Positions 29,456-38,952 of a stretch of DNA of 64,000 nucleotides are shown here, in pieces (the stretch's first letter is position 1; the number at the start of each line of letters is the position of its first letter). The notes under the pieces were generated by a model. The model searched no databases and was not told the DNA's origin. It worked only from the letters and a program-made list of their open reading frames with translations. The translations under genes were made by a program, and so were the position numbers. Location of the stretch: NCBI GenBank assembly GCA_028820505.1, contig JAPPIT010000225.1, forward strand, positions 356-64,355. The letters are read 5' to 3'. This stretch comes from Defluviicoccus sp. Its GTDB lineage: Bacteria > Pseudomonadota > Alphaproteobacteria > MPNO01.

Positions 29456-29558
29456 CGCGCCCGCGCCATAGACTGTTCCAGGGATATTCGCGGGACCGCC
29501 GGCCTCCGCGCGCGCGGCGCGATCCGAACGAACGTTTTCGAGGCGAGGGACGACACGC

Positions 29559-30347
29559 ATGGCCACCGACAAGATGCTGTCCGCGGTCGACGACGGGATC
29601 GGCCGGATGATCTTCAACAATCCGGAGCGCCGGAACGCGGTCTCGCTCGAAATGTGGGAAGCCGCGGAGGAGATCCTGCGCGGGTTCGCCGAGAATCCCG
29701 ACGTGCGCGCGGTGGTGCTGAGCGGCGCCGGCGGAAGGGCGTTCGTATCCGGCGCCGACATCTCGAAATTCGAGTCCGAACGCTCGTCGGAAGAGGGCAT
29801 CCGGAACTACAACGCCAAGGTCGCCTCGGCCAACGCGATGGTGGCGACGCTCCCGAAGCCCACCATCGCCGAGATCGACGGCTACTGCGTCGGCGGCGGG
29901 CTCGGCCTCGCGCTCTGCTGCGATCTCCGCTTCTGTTCGGAGAAGTCCCGCTTCGCGCTGCCGGCGGCGAAGCTCGGCCTCGGCTACGGGTTCGGCGGGC
30001 TCAAGCGCCTGGTCGATGCCGTCGGTCCCGGGGCGGCGCGCGACATCGTCTTTTCCGCCCGCATGATCCCCGCCGGCGAGGCCTACGCGATCGGTCTCGT
30101 CCAGCGCGTCGTGCCTGACGGCGCGCTCGCCGAGACCGTCACCGAATACGCACGGACCGTCGCCGCCAACGCACCGCTCACCGTGAAGGGCATGAAGCTG
30201 ATCGTGAACGAGGTGCTGAAGCCCGAAGCCGAGCGCGACCTCGCGCTGTGTCAGGAGCTCGTCGACGCCTGCTTCGCCAGCGAGGACTATGTCGAGGGGC
30301 GCACCGCCTTCATGGAAAAGCGCCCGCCCGCGTTCAAGGGACGCTAA
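29559..30347 (+). CDS. enoyl-CoA hydratase/isomerase (crotonase) family protein
   Basis: MIFNNPERRNAVS...VLSGAGGRAFVSGADI oxyanion-hole motifs. Confidence 0.85.
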   Translation: MATDKMLSAVDDGIGRMIFNNPERRNAVSLEMWEAAEEILRGFAENPDVRAVVLSGAGGRAFVSGADISKFESERSSEEGIRNYNAKVASANAMVATLPKPTIAEIDGYCVGGGLGLALCCDLRFCSEKSRFALPAAKLGLGYGFGGLKRLVDAVGPGAARDIVFSARMIPAGEAYAIGLVQRVVPDGALAETVTEYARTVAANAPLTVKGMKLIVNEVLKPEAERDLALCQELVDACFASEDYVEGRTAFMEKRPPAFKGR

Positions 30348-30361
30348 GGCGCGGCGCCTTT

Positions 30362-31513
30362 CTACAGCAAATGCCCGCTCTTCTCCGCCTTGGTCGACAG
30401 GTAGAAGGCGTTGTGGTCGTTCGAGGGGAAGCTGTGCGGGACGCGTTCGGCGACCTCGATGCCGAAGCGGGCGAGCGCCTCGACCTTGTCGGGGTTGTTG
30501 GTCATCAGCCGGACCGACGAATAGCCGAGCCTGCGCAGCATCTCCGCGGCGGGGAGGAACACGCGCTCGTCGGCGTCGAACCCGAGCCTCTCGTTGGCCT
30601 CCACGGTATCGAAGCCGAGATCCTGCAGGGCGTACGCGCGGAGCTTGTTGATGAGCCCGATGCCGCGCCCTTCCTGGGCGAGGTAGAGGAGAATGCCGGC
30701 CCCGTCGGCGGATATCTGTTCGATGGCGCCGCGCAGCTGCTGCCCGCAATCGCATTTGAGCGAGCCCAGCAGATCGCCGGTGAAGCACTCCGAATGGAGC
30801 CTCGCCAGCACCGGGCCGGGCGGGGGAGGGTCGTTTATCGCGATCGCGAAATGCTCGGTCCCCCCGTCCCGCGGGCGAAAGGCGTGGATCCGCGCCCCCT
30901 CGGCCCCTTCGAGCGGCACCCTCGCCGCCGTGACCCGCTCGAGCCGGTGCGAGGCGGCGACGTCGTAGGACATGATCCCGGACGGTCCCACCCGCAGCAG
31001 ATCCGCCTTTTCGGTCCCCAGCGCGGCGGCGATGTCGTCGACCTCGACGGCGACCGTCGCCGGCAGGAGACGCGCGATCTTGGCAAGCCGAACCGACGCC
31101 AGCACGCCGGCCGGCACCGGCTCGCGCCGCGCCTCGAAGGGGCCGCGCAGCGGCTGGGCGAGGTCGGCCGCCGGGTCGGCGAGGCTTGCCAGCGCCTCGA
31201 TCGACAGCCACCCGGGGACGGGAATCCGGATCACGTCCGGCGTATAGAGGCGGATTTTCAGGGTGGCGGCCCGGTTATGGGTGATCGCGAGGTCCGGTTC
31301 CCGACCGGCCAGACGGCGCAACGCGTCGAGCCGGGACGCGGAGACGAGCTCGGCCGCGAAGGCCACGACGCCGCCGGCGTCCCCGGGTTCGGCGAGAATC
31401 ACGGGCAAGCCGCGGCGCAGATCGCCGGCTGCACGGTCGACCGCGGCGGTCCCGCCGGTCTCGAATCCCGGCATGGCCCCGGGCGGCGCCCGTTCGGAGG
31501 ACTTCGAACCCAT
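30362..31513 (-). CDS. ribA: GTP cyclohydrolase II (RibA) with N-terminal degenerate DHBP-synthase-like domain
   Basis: C-terminal half has zinc motif CFTGDLLGSLKCDCG and RGIGLINKLRAY; alternative starts at 31534 and 31474. Confidence 0.8.
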   Translation of the reverse strand: MGSKSSERAPPGAMPGFETGGTAAVDRAAGDLRRGLPVILAEPGDAGGVVAFAAELVSASRLDALRRLAGREPDLAITHNRAATLKIRLYTPDVIRIPVPGWLSIEALASLADPAADLAQPLRGPFEARREPVPAGVLASVRLAKIARLLPATVAVEVDDIAAALGTEKADLLRVGPSGIMSYDVAASHRLERVTAARVPLEGAEGARIHAFRPRDGGTEHFAIAINDPPPPGPVLARLHSECFTGDLLGSLKCDCGQQLRGAIEQISADGAGILLYLAQEGRGIGLINKLRAYALQDLGFDTVEANERLGFDADERVFLPAAEMLRRLGYSSVRLMTNNPDKVEALARFGIEVAERVPHSFPSNDHNAFYLSTKAEKSGHLL

Positions 31514-31620
31514 GCCCCTAAATACGCCCCGCATGGCGTCCGGGCAACGCGCCGCCCTGCCTTGCCCGCGACTGTCCCCTATGCCAGTTTGGCGCCCGTT
31601 CGCCTGCCGGCGGGGAGCCG

Positions 31621-32637
31621 ATGGACGCAACCGAAGTCAAGGCCCTGGCGAAGGATCTGGGCGCGGACCTGGTCGGGATCGCGGACGCCTCCGTCCTGAA
31701 CGCGTTTCCGCCCGACCCGCTCTTCCCGCAGACGCCGGAGCGGATCTCGCCGCACGTCAAGAGCGTCGTCGCTATCGCGCAGCGCATTCCGGTCGGCGCG
31801 TTCCGCTGCAAGACCAACGTACCGGTCCAGTATATCGACATGCTCGTGCTGAGGCGGATGGACAGGATCGCCTACCGCCTCGTCGACGCGCTCGAACGGG
31901 CCGGCCATCCGAGCTTCGTGACCGCCGCGCAGGAGACCGACTGGAGCTACAAGCGCGCGAGCTACGGGCGGCTCTCGACGCGCCATCTCGGCATCGAGGC
32001 AGGGCTCGGCACGTTCGGGCTCGAGGTCAACATCCTGACGCCCGAGTTCGGGCCGAGAATCTACCTGACGGGCGTGCTGACGGAGTGCGAGCTCGAGGCC
32101 GACAGGCCGATGACCGAGCAGGTCTGCATCGGCGAGAGCTGCAGCCGCTGCCTCTATTCCTGCCCGTCCGACGCGGTCCGTCATTTCGGCATCGACAAGC
32201 GCGCCTGCGCGACCGAGGCGCAGGAGTTCGGGTTCACGACGATCCTCAAGTTCTGGGAGCATTTCCTGGTCTCCGACGGGGAAACCAGGCGGCGCCTGAT
32301 CGCGGACCGGGAAATCTACGGCTTCTGGCAGGGATTGCTCAGGGTGGTCGGCTCGTTCGGCGACTGCCCGCGCTGCCTCGCGGTCTGCCCCGTCGGCAAC
32401 GACTACCATGCCTTTCTCGCCCCGCTTCAGAAGGTCATCCCGGAGAAGACGCCGGAGAAGGTCGAGAAGGCCTCCGCGTTCAAGGAGGCCCGCAAGTCGG
32501 GCGCCGAGGTCGACGGGCTGAACGACTGGAACGTGCGCTGGGTGGGGCCCGAAGGCTACAAGGGCATCGTCGCGCGCCAGCTCCAGGCGTTCAGGGCGTT
32601 GCAGCGCGAGCGCGAGACGACCGCCTCGGAGCGATAG
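31621..32637 (+). CDS. QueG/RdhA-superfamily Fe-S protein (epoxyqueuosine-reductase-like), paralog 1
   Basis: AGLGTFGLEVNILTPEFGPRIYLTGVLTECELEADRP then CIGESCSRCLYSCP and CPRCLAVCP; lacks the QueG C-terminal HEAT domain. Confidence 0.65.
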   Translation: MDATEVKALAKDLGADLVGIADASVLNAFPPDPLFPQTPERISPHVKSVVAIAQRIPVGAFRCKTNVPVQYIDMLVLRRMDRIAYRLVDALERAGHPSFVTAAQETDWSYKRASYGRLSTRHLGIEAGLGTFGLEVNILTPEFGPRIYLTGVLTECELEADRPMTEQVCIGESCSRCLYSCPSDAVRHFGIDKRACATEAQEFGFTTILKFWEHFLVSDGETRRRLIADREIYGFWQGLLRVVGSFGDCPRCLAVCPVGNDYHAFLAPLQKVIPEKTPEKVEKASAFKEARKSGAEVDGLNDWNVRWVGPEGYKGIVARQLQAFRALQRERETTASER

Positions 32638-33648
32638 ATGGTCGGCGTATTCCAGACCCCGCTCGACGCGGAGACCATCAAGGCGAAGGCGAGGGCGCTC
32701 GGCGCCGATCTCGTCGGCATCGCCGACGGCGCGGTGATGGACGCGCACCCGCCGGACCCGCGCGACCCGCGCCGCCCGAGCGACATCACCGAGCATGACG
32801 GCGGACGGGCGATCGTGCTCGCCAAGCGCTATTCCGCCGGCACCACCCGGATCGCGCGCTGGGACGAACGGCACAAATACTACAACGACGAGCTCGTCCT
32901 CACGATGCTGGAAGAGACCTCGCTCGAGCTGGTCTTCTGGCTGGAGGACAACGGCTATCCGGCGATCATCATCCCGCCGACCCACGCCGATCCGTGGCTC
33001 TATCGCGGCGACCGCAACCAGCACATGACCACGGTGCTGTCGCTGACCCATGCCGCGGTCGAGGCCGGGCTCGGTACGCTGGGCCTCAATTTGCAGCTCA
33101 TCACCCCGGAGTTCGGCCCGCGGGTCCTGGTCACCGCGGTGCTTTGCTCGGTCGATTGCGATACTGACGGACGGCGGGAGGAGGCGCTCTGCCTCGGCCC
33201 GGAATGCGGCCGCTGCCTGACCGCCTGTCCGGGCGACGTGGTGGGGCACTGGGACCGCGACTGGCCCGCCTGCGACAGCTACCGGTCGCCGCACGGGTTC
33301 TCGCAGCTCGCGAGCCATCTCGGCGATATCCTGGAGGCGCCGGACGACGCGGCCCGGCTCGACATGATCCGCTCGGAGACCAGCTTCAACCTGTGGCAGA
33401 GCATCTTGCGCGGCGCCGGCGTCATCAGCGGGTGCCGGCGCTGTCAGGACGTGTGTCCGGTAGGCGAGGACTACGCCCGGATGATCGGCGACAGCCTTGA
33501 CGAGATGCCCGAGGCGACCCCGGAAAAGGCCCGGCGACTCGCCGCCATGGCGGAGGCCGAGGCGTCGGGAAATCTGCCCGCCTCCTATGCCGACCAGGAG
33601 CGCTGGATCGGCGCGCTCGGCTATCTCGGGAGCGACGCCGCGGAATGA
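32638..33648 (+). CDS. QueG/RdhA-superfamily Fe-S protein, paralog 2 (tandem)
   Basis: AGLGTLGLNLQLITPEFGPRVLVTAVLCSVDCD then CLGPECGRCLTACP and CRRCQDVCPVG; starts one codon after paralog 1 stops. Confidence 0.65.
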   Translation: MVGVFQTPLDAETIKAKARALGADLVGIADGAVMDAHPPDPRDPRRPSDITEHDGGRAIVLAKRYSAGTTRIARWDERHKYYNDELVLTMLEETSLELVFWLEDNGYPAIIIPPTHADPWLYRGDRNQHMTTVLSLTHAAVEAGLGTLGLNLQLITPEFGPRVLVTAVLCSVDCDTDGRREEALCLGPECGRCLTACPGDVVGHWDRDWPACDSYRSPHGFSQLASHLGDILEAPDDAARLDMIRSETSFNLWQSILRGAGVISGCRRCQDVCPVGEDYARMIGDSLDEMPEATPEKARRLAAMAEAEASGNLPASYADQERWIGALGYLGSDAAE

Positions 33649-34991
33649 GCGCGCTGGAGAGCCTGGCCCGGGGGCGCCCGGACATCTACGCCGGCCTGCC
33701 GCTCTGCATCCCGGAGAGCCCGGAAGAAATCTCGGAAATCCAGAGCAGGCGGAAGCGCATCGCCGTGGAGCGCGCCCGGCGGTCGTCCTTCTGGCGCCCG
33801 CGCCTCGAAGGGATCGCCATCGACAGGCTCGACGATCCGGAGGAATGGTCGAAGATCCCGGTCCTGACCAAGGACCGGCTCCGCGCGATGTCGGACGAGG
33901 CGTTCTACCGGGAGTTCTGCACGCTCGACGGTCAGCGGATCTGCGAATACTGGCGCTCGGGCGGGAGCACCGGAAAGCCGCTGTTCTACCCGAAGACGTT
34001 CGAGGACATCCTGTTCAACATGGTCGGCTTCATCCGCACCTTCGCGTCCGCCGGCATCGAGGACGGGGAGAACCACAGGGCGCACATCTCGACCCCGCTC
34101 GGAGTCCACCCCGTGGGCCACATGTGGGCGCGCGCGGCGCAGATCGTGGGGATGGGCGCGGTGTGGGCGGGCTCCGGCGCGTCGCTGCCGTCGGTTCAGC
34201 AGCTCGCCCTGATTTCCTCGCTGAAGCCCACCGTCTGGATGGGCATGTCGAGCTACGGCCTGCACCTGGCCAACCTCGCCAATTCGAACGGTATCGATCT
34301 GGGCGAGAGTTCGGTTTCCACCATGCTGTGCTCCGCCGAGGCGCTTTCGGCGGCCAAGCGGGAAAAGCTCGAGCGCGACTGGGGCGCCCGGGTCTTCGAC
34401 TGTTTCGGGATGACCGAGATCAGCATGCTGGCCGCCGAGGGGCCGTCCCGCGAGGGGTTCAGGATCTGGACCGATCTCGCGATTTTCGAGGTGCTCGACC
34501 CCGACACCGGCAAGCCGGTTCCGGACGGCGAGCCCGGCCACCTGGTCTGCACGTCGCTGTTCGGCAACAACGGGGCGCCGTTCCTGCGCTGGGATTCGGG
34601 CGATATCGTGGTCATGAAGCCCGCCGCGGGCGACGACGGCGCGTTCTCGGTCTTTCCGACGATGCGCCACGCCCACCGCACGGCGGGTTTCTTCAAGCTG
34701 CGCGGGGTCAACGTCAACCACCAGGAGTTCGAGGACATGATGTTCGAGCACCGCTCGGTGAACGACTTCAAGCTCGAACTGATCGGCGACGCCGCCGGGC
34801 TCGAAAGCCTGCGGGTCTCCGTCGAGCCGCGGCGCGGCGCCGATACCGACGCGCTGCGCGAAGACCTGGAGAGGCGCACCAAGGCGACGTTCGAGCTTTC
34901 GCCCGACATCGTGATCCTGGAACCCGGCGTGCTGGCCCGCGAATTCGAGGCCAGCGTGAAAGCGCCGCGCTTCATCGACCGGCGCCGGTAA
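33645..34991 (+). CDS. phenylacetate-CoA ligase / coenzyme F390 synthetase family adenylate-forming enzyme
   Basis: P-loop SGGSTGKP, PaaK-like N-terminal domain; ATGA overlap with the upstream gene. Confidence 0.75.
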   Translation: MSALESLARGRPDIYAGLPLCIPESPEEISEIQSRRKRIAVERARRSSFWRPRLEGIAIDRLDDPEEWSKIPVLTKDRLRAMSDEAFYREFCTLDGQRICEYWRSGGSTGKPLFYPKTFEDILFNMVGFIRTFASAGIEDGENHRAHISTPLGVHPVGHMWARAAQIVGMGAVWAGSGASLPSVQQLALISSLKPTVWMGMSSYGLHLANLANSNGIDLGESSVSTMLCSAEALSAAKREKLERDWGARVFDCFGMTEISMLAAEGPSREGFRIWTDLAIFEVLDPDTGKPVPDGEPGHLVCTSLFGNNGAPFLRWDSGDIVVMKPAAGDDGAFSVFPTMRHAHRTAGFFKLRGVNVNHQEFEDMMFEHRSVNDFKLELIGDAAGLESLRVSVEPRRGADTDALREDLERRTKATFELSPDIVILEPGVLAREFEASVKAPRFIDRRR

Positions 34992-34995
34992 CGCT

Positions 34996-35047
34996 GTCGC
35001 GGGCGCACCGGCCGGCCGGCGATTCGCTCGGGTGATTCGCTTTTTTT
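34996..35047 (+). terminator. possible terminator after the ligase operon (GC-rich segment plus T7 run)
   Basis: CGGGCGCACCGGCCGGCCGGCG...GATTCGCTTTTTTT immediately after the stop; stem not clean. Confidence 0.3.
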
Positions 35048-35356
35048 GCCGGTCCCTTACTGTTTTATTTTCTTAAAATCGATCATCAACTTAATGAAAT
35101 AGAAAGTTTTTCCGGTTTTCCGTTATATTGAATCTCCGTGTTCCCGACAGTGCCGAGCGGCTTCATATTCCGGTAACAATCGCCAATCGCATGTGAAATA
35201 TTTTCCTTGGATTTGCGGTTTCTCCCTTCCGCAGGTCCCTTGAGGGGGGATCGGGTTGTCCTGCCAGATACCTCCCTGTGTTTCCCCCCTGCGACTTGCG
35301 GAGCTGAAGTCGCTGGCTCGACCTAGGCTCCGCACTTTTTTGCGCAGTCCGGATTC

Positions 35357-35448
35357 TGGCGGATGGGGTGGGATTCGAACCCACGAGACGCTTGCGCGCC
35401 TGCCGGTTTTCAAGACCGGTGCCTTCGACCGCTCGGCCACCCATCCGC
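35357..35448 (-). tRNA. tRNA-Ser (anticodon TGA)
   Basis: Class II tRNA on minus strand: GCGGATG acceptor, GGCCGAGCGGTCGAAGGC D-arm, loop CTTGAAA, long variable arm, GGTTCGAATCC T-arm; CCA not fully encoded. Confidence 0.8.
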
Positions 35449-35573
35449 ACCGCAAGACCGCCGCCGGTCGTCGCACCGGGAAACTGAACCGTCATGGAAC
35501 CGATTGCAACCCGCCCGGGCTGTCGCCCGCGCGGGCCGATTGGTCTAGGATGGGGCGCTTGGGAGAGATGCCG

Positions 35574-36506
35574 ATGAAGACGCTGGTGCTCGAGAATACG
35601 GCCCCGTTCCAGGGGTTGTGCGAACTGGTCGCCGACGACGAGAGGCTGTTCGCGAACGAAGGTCTCGAAATCGAATGGGTCGACCGCGAGGCCGGAGTCG
35701 ACAGGCGGACCCGCGTCGACATTCTCGGTCCCGAAGGGCTCGATCCCCACTCGAGCCACGGCAAGCTCTTCGAAGAGGGCCGGGCGGACATGTACAACGC
35801 CTGCGAGTGGGGGAATTACTGCAGGGTGCAGGACTCCGGCATCGAGGGCGGACGCCAGATCGGCCGTCGTTCGATCATCACCTACGCGGCGATCGCGGTG
35901 CGCCCCGACTCCGACGTGTTCACCGTGCAACAGCTCGCCGACCGGCTGGTGGGCGTCCCGTTCTATTTCGGCACCCATTATCTCGCCCTTCACATGCTGG
36001 AGGGTTTCCTGCCGCGCGACCGAATCCGGGTGTGCAGCGCCCCGATGGGCTCCCGCTTCCGTCTCGATTCGATGATGTCGGGCGAGATCGAGGCGACCAC
36101 GCTGACCGAGCCCTACATCACGCTCGCGGAGAAAAAGGGCTGCCGTATCCTGACGGCCGCGTTCTATCACGGCACCGAGGTCGCGTCCGACAAGGTCGAC
36201 GCCGATACCTATGCGCGGTTCAACCGCGCCGTCCGGGAGGCCGTGCGCCTGATCCAAGGCGACAAGACGAAATACCTGCGCCATTTCATCGACTACCATG
36301 CCGGCGACCCGGAAATCGCGGCGTTGAGCGTCGGCGATCTCCGCCCGAGCCGGATCGTCGTCGTCGAGCCCGCGCCCATCCCGGACCGCGAGCTCGAACG
36401 CACCGCGGCGTGGATCCGGAGCTGGGGCATGCTGCGCGAGACCGAAGACGCGGCTTCGCTGGTCGACCTCGAAATACAGTCGGCGGCCCACCGGGCCGCG
36501 GAATAG
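35574..36506 (+). CDS. NMT1/THI5-like domain protein (SsuA/ThiY-like fold, no signal peptide)
   Basis: 310 aa from MKTLVLENTAPFQ; periplasmic-binding-protein-like II family pattern but apparently cytoplasmic. Confidence 0.5.
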   Translation: MKTLVLENTAPFQGLCELVADDERLFANEGLEIEWVDREAGVDRRTRVDILGPEGLDPHSSHGKLFEEGRADMYNACEWGNYCRVQDSGIEGGRQIGRRSIITYAAIAVRPDSDVFTVQQLADRLVGVPFYFGTHYLALHMLEGFLPRDRIRVCSAPMGSRFRLDSMMSGEIEATTLTEPYITLAEKKGCRILTAAFYHGTEVASDKVDADTYARFNRAVREAVRLIQGDKTKYLRHFIDYHAGDPEIAALSVGDLRPSRIVVVEPAPIPDRELERTAAWIRSWGMLRETEDAASLVDLEIQSAAHRAAE

Positions 36507-36578
36507 GGCCCGCCGGCCCCATCCATGCGCGGCTTCCGCCGGGTCTGACCGGGGAACCGGACCACCGGGGAGGAGAAC

Positions 36579-38210
36579 TTGGTCCAGAGAACGACTTACG
36601 ACTACGTGATCGTCGGCGCCGGGTCGGCCGGCTGCGTGCTCGCAAACCGGCTGAGCGAAGACCCCGAGGTCAGGGTGCTCGTCGTCGAGGCCGGCGGCCG
36701 GGACCGGGATCCGATGATCCACATCCCGCTCGGCTGGGGGAAGATCCTCGAGGAACGGCGCCACGACTGGATGTACTTCACCGAGCCGGAGCCCAACCTG
36801 GACAACCGGTCGATCGAGTGCGCGCGCGGACGGGTGGTCGGCGGCTCGTCGTCGATCAACGCGATGGCCTATGTCCGCGGTCACCGGGGCGATTACGACC
36901 GCTGGCGCCAGAAGGGCTGTCCGGGATGGTCGTATGCCGACGTGCTGCCCTATTTCAAACGCTCCGAGGCCTGGGAAAAGGGGGGCGACGATTACCGCGG
37001 GGACGGCGGCCCGCTGACCGTGCGGGCGGGAATCTTCGACGACCCAGTGCTGCACGCGTTTATCGAGGCCGGGCGCGCGGTCGGCCACGATTTCACCGAG
37101 GATTACAACGGGGCCCGACAGGAGGGCTTCACCTGGCTCCAGCAGACGATCCGGAACGGGCGCCGCTGTAGCGCCGCCGTCGCCTATCTCAAGCCCGCCC
37201 TGAACCGTCCCAACGTGACGCTCGAGACCGGCGCGCTCGCGACCCGCCTCCTGATCGAGAACGGGCGGGCCGCCGGGCTCGAATTCTCCCGGAACGGGCA
37301 GCTGACGGAAATCGGCGCCGAACGCGAGGTGCTGCTCGCCGGGGGCGTGATCAACTCGCCGCAAGTGCTGATGCTGTCGGGAATAGGCCCCGCCGACGAG
37401 CTCGCCGAGCACGGGATCGACGCCGTGCTCGACCTGAAGGGCGTCGGCAAGAACCTGCAGGATCACCTGTCGGCGACGGTCTCCTTCAGCCGCGAGGACC
37501 GCGGCACCTTCCACGGGCAGATGCGGATGGACCGGCTCGCCGTGGACGTGCCCCGGGCCTATGTCGCCGGCTCCGGGCCGGCGACCGATCTTCCCGGCGG
37601 CATCATGGCCTTCCTGAAATCCCGGCCGGAGGTCGAGCTGCCCGACATTCAATTCCTGTTTCGTTCGCTCCCCAACGATACCTGGCCGTGGTTTCCCGTG
37701 GTGAAACCCGGCTGGGCGGACGGCTTCGGCTGCCGGCCGGTGCTGCTCCGCCCGCAGAGCCGGGGCGAGCTCAAGCTCGCCTCCGCCGATCCGCGGGACA
37801 AGATCCGCATCCACCAGAACTTCCTTTCCGAGGAGGCGGACGTCCGGACGATTCGGGACGGGGTGAAACTGGTCCGGGAGGTGGGCCGCCAGGAACCGCT
37901 GAAGAAGTTCGGCACGATCGAGGTCGATCCCGGTCCGGACGTGACCGGCGACGACGAGATCGACGCCTTCGTGCGGCGGAACGCGGCGACCGCGCATCAT
38001 CCCGCCGGCACCTGCCGCATGGGGAGCGACGACATGGCGGTGGTCGATCCGGAATTGCGCCTCAGGGGTATCGACGGGGTTCGCGTGGTCGACGCATCGG
38101 TGATGCCGGATCTCGTCGGCGGCAACATCAACGCGCCGGTGATCATGATCGCCGAACGCGCGTCCGACCTGATCCGCGGCCGCGAGCCGCTGGCCCCCGC
38201 CGAGGTGTGA
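36579..38210 (+). CDS. GMC family oxidoreductase (choline dehydrogenase-like flavoprotein)
   Basis: TTG start with GGAGGAG SD; YDYVIVGAGSAGCVLANRLSED FAD motif, GMC signatures. Confidence 0.85.
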   Translation: MVQRTTYDYVIVGAGSAGCVLANRLSEDPEVRVLVVEAGGRDRDPMIHIPLGWGKILEERRHDWMYFTEPEPNLDNRSIECARGRVVGGSSSINAMAYVRGHRGDYDRWRQKGCPGWSYADVLPYFKRSEAWEKGGDDYRGDGGPLTVRAGIFDDPVLHAFIEAGRAVGHDFTEDYNGARQEGFTWLQQTIRNGRRCSAAVAYLKPALNRPNVTLETGALATRLLIENGRAAGLEFSRNGQLTEIGAEREVLLAGGVINSPQVLMLSGIGPADELAEHGIDAVLDLKGVGKNLQDHLSATVSFSREDRGTFHGQMRMDRLAVDVPRAYVAGSGPATDLPGGIMAFLKSRPEVELPDIQFLFRSLPNDTWPWFPVVKPGWADGFGCRPVLLRPQSRGELKLASADPRDKIRIHQNFLSEEADVRTIRDGVKLVREVGRQEPLKKFGTIEVDPGPDVTGDDEIDAFVRRNAATAHHPAGTCRMGSDDMAVVDPELRLRGIDGVRVVDASVMPDLVGGNINAPVIMIAERASDLIRGREPLAPAEV

Positions 38211-38275
38211 GCGAAATCCGCATCCGGGCAAGACGGGTTCCCGGACCGCCTTGCGTAACGTGAAGAGACGCCCGC

Positions 38276-38881
38276 GTGCGGATTTTCTGTCTCGATCTCG
38301 AAGGCGTGCTGATCCCCGAAATCTGGATCGGGCTCGCCGAACGCACGGGTATCGACGCGCTCAGGGCGACCACGCGCGACGTGCCCGACTACAACGCGCT
38401 GATGCGTCAGCGCCTGGGGCTGCTCGAAGACCACCGCCTGGGGATGCGGGACGTCGAGGCGGTGGTCGCGACGATGGCGCCGCTTCCCGGCGCGAGGGAA
38501 TTCCTCCGCTGGCTGCGCGGGCAGGGGCCGGTGATCATCCTGTCGGACACCTATCGCGAGTTTGCCGGCCCGCTGATGGCGCAGCTGGACCTGCCGACCT
38601 TGCTTTGTCATTCCCTCGTCGTGGACGAAGACGGGCGCATCAGCGACTACCGCCTGCGGCATCCCGACCACAAGCGCGCGAGCGTCGAGGCCTTCAGAAC
38701 GCTCAATTTCCACGTCACCGCCGTCGGCGATTCATATAACGACATCGCCATGCTGCAGGCGGCCGACGCCGGAATTCTCTTTCGGGCTCCGGCCGCGGTT
38801 CGCGAGGAATATCCGGAGTTCGCCGCGGTCGAGGATTACGACGCGCTCAGGGACCTGGTCCGGAACTGCGGCGAAACCTGA
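38276..38881 (+). CDS. thrH: bifunctional phosphoserine phosphatase/homoserine phosphotransferase ThrH (HAD family)
   Basis: GTG start; near-colinear with Pseudomonas ThrH (CLDLEGVL.PEIWI..AE.TGIDAL.ATTRD.PDY). Confidence 0.8.
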   Translation: MRIFCLDLEGVLIPEIWIGLAERTGIDALRATTRDVPDYNALMRQRLGLLEDHRLGMRDVEAVVATMAPLPGAREFLRWLRGQGPVIILSDTYREFAGPLMAQLDLPTLLCHSLVVDEDGRISDYRLRHPDHKRASVEAFRTLNFHVTAVGDSYNDIAMLQAADAGILFRAPAAVREEYPEFAAVEDYDALRDLVRNCGET

Positions 38882-38952
38882 ACATTCGCGCTCTATTCTT
38901 TTTTCGGTAAGCCGATAGGATGAGTGTGGTATTGCCAACCGGAGAAATCGAG

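Noticed and set aside
35163-38231. 1022-aa minus-strand ORF
   Set aside because: Spans the tRNA-Ser, the NMT1-like gene and the GMC oxidoreductase in antisense; an artefact of GC-rich sequence.
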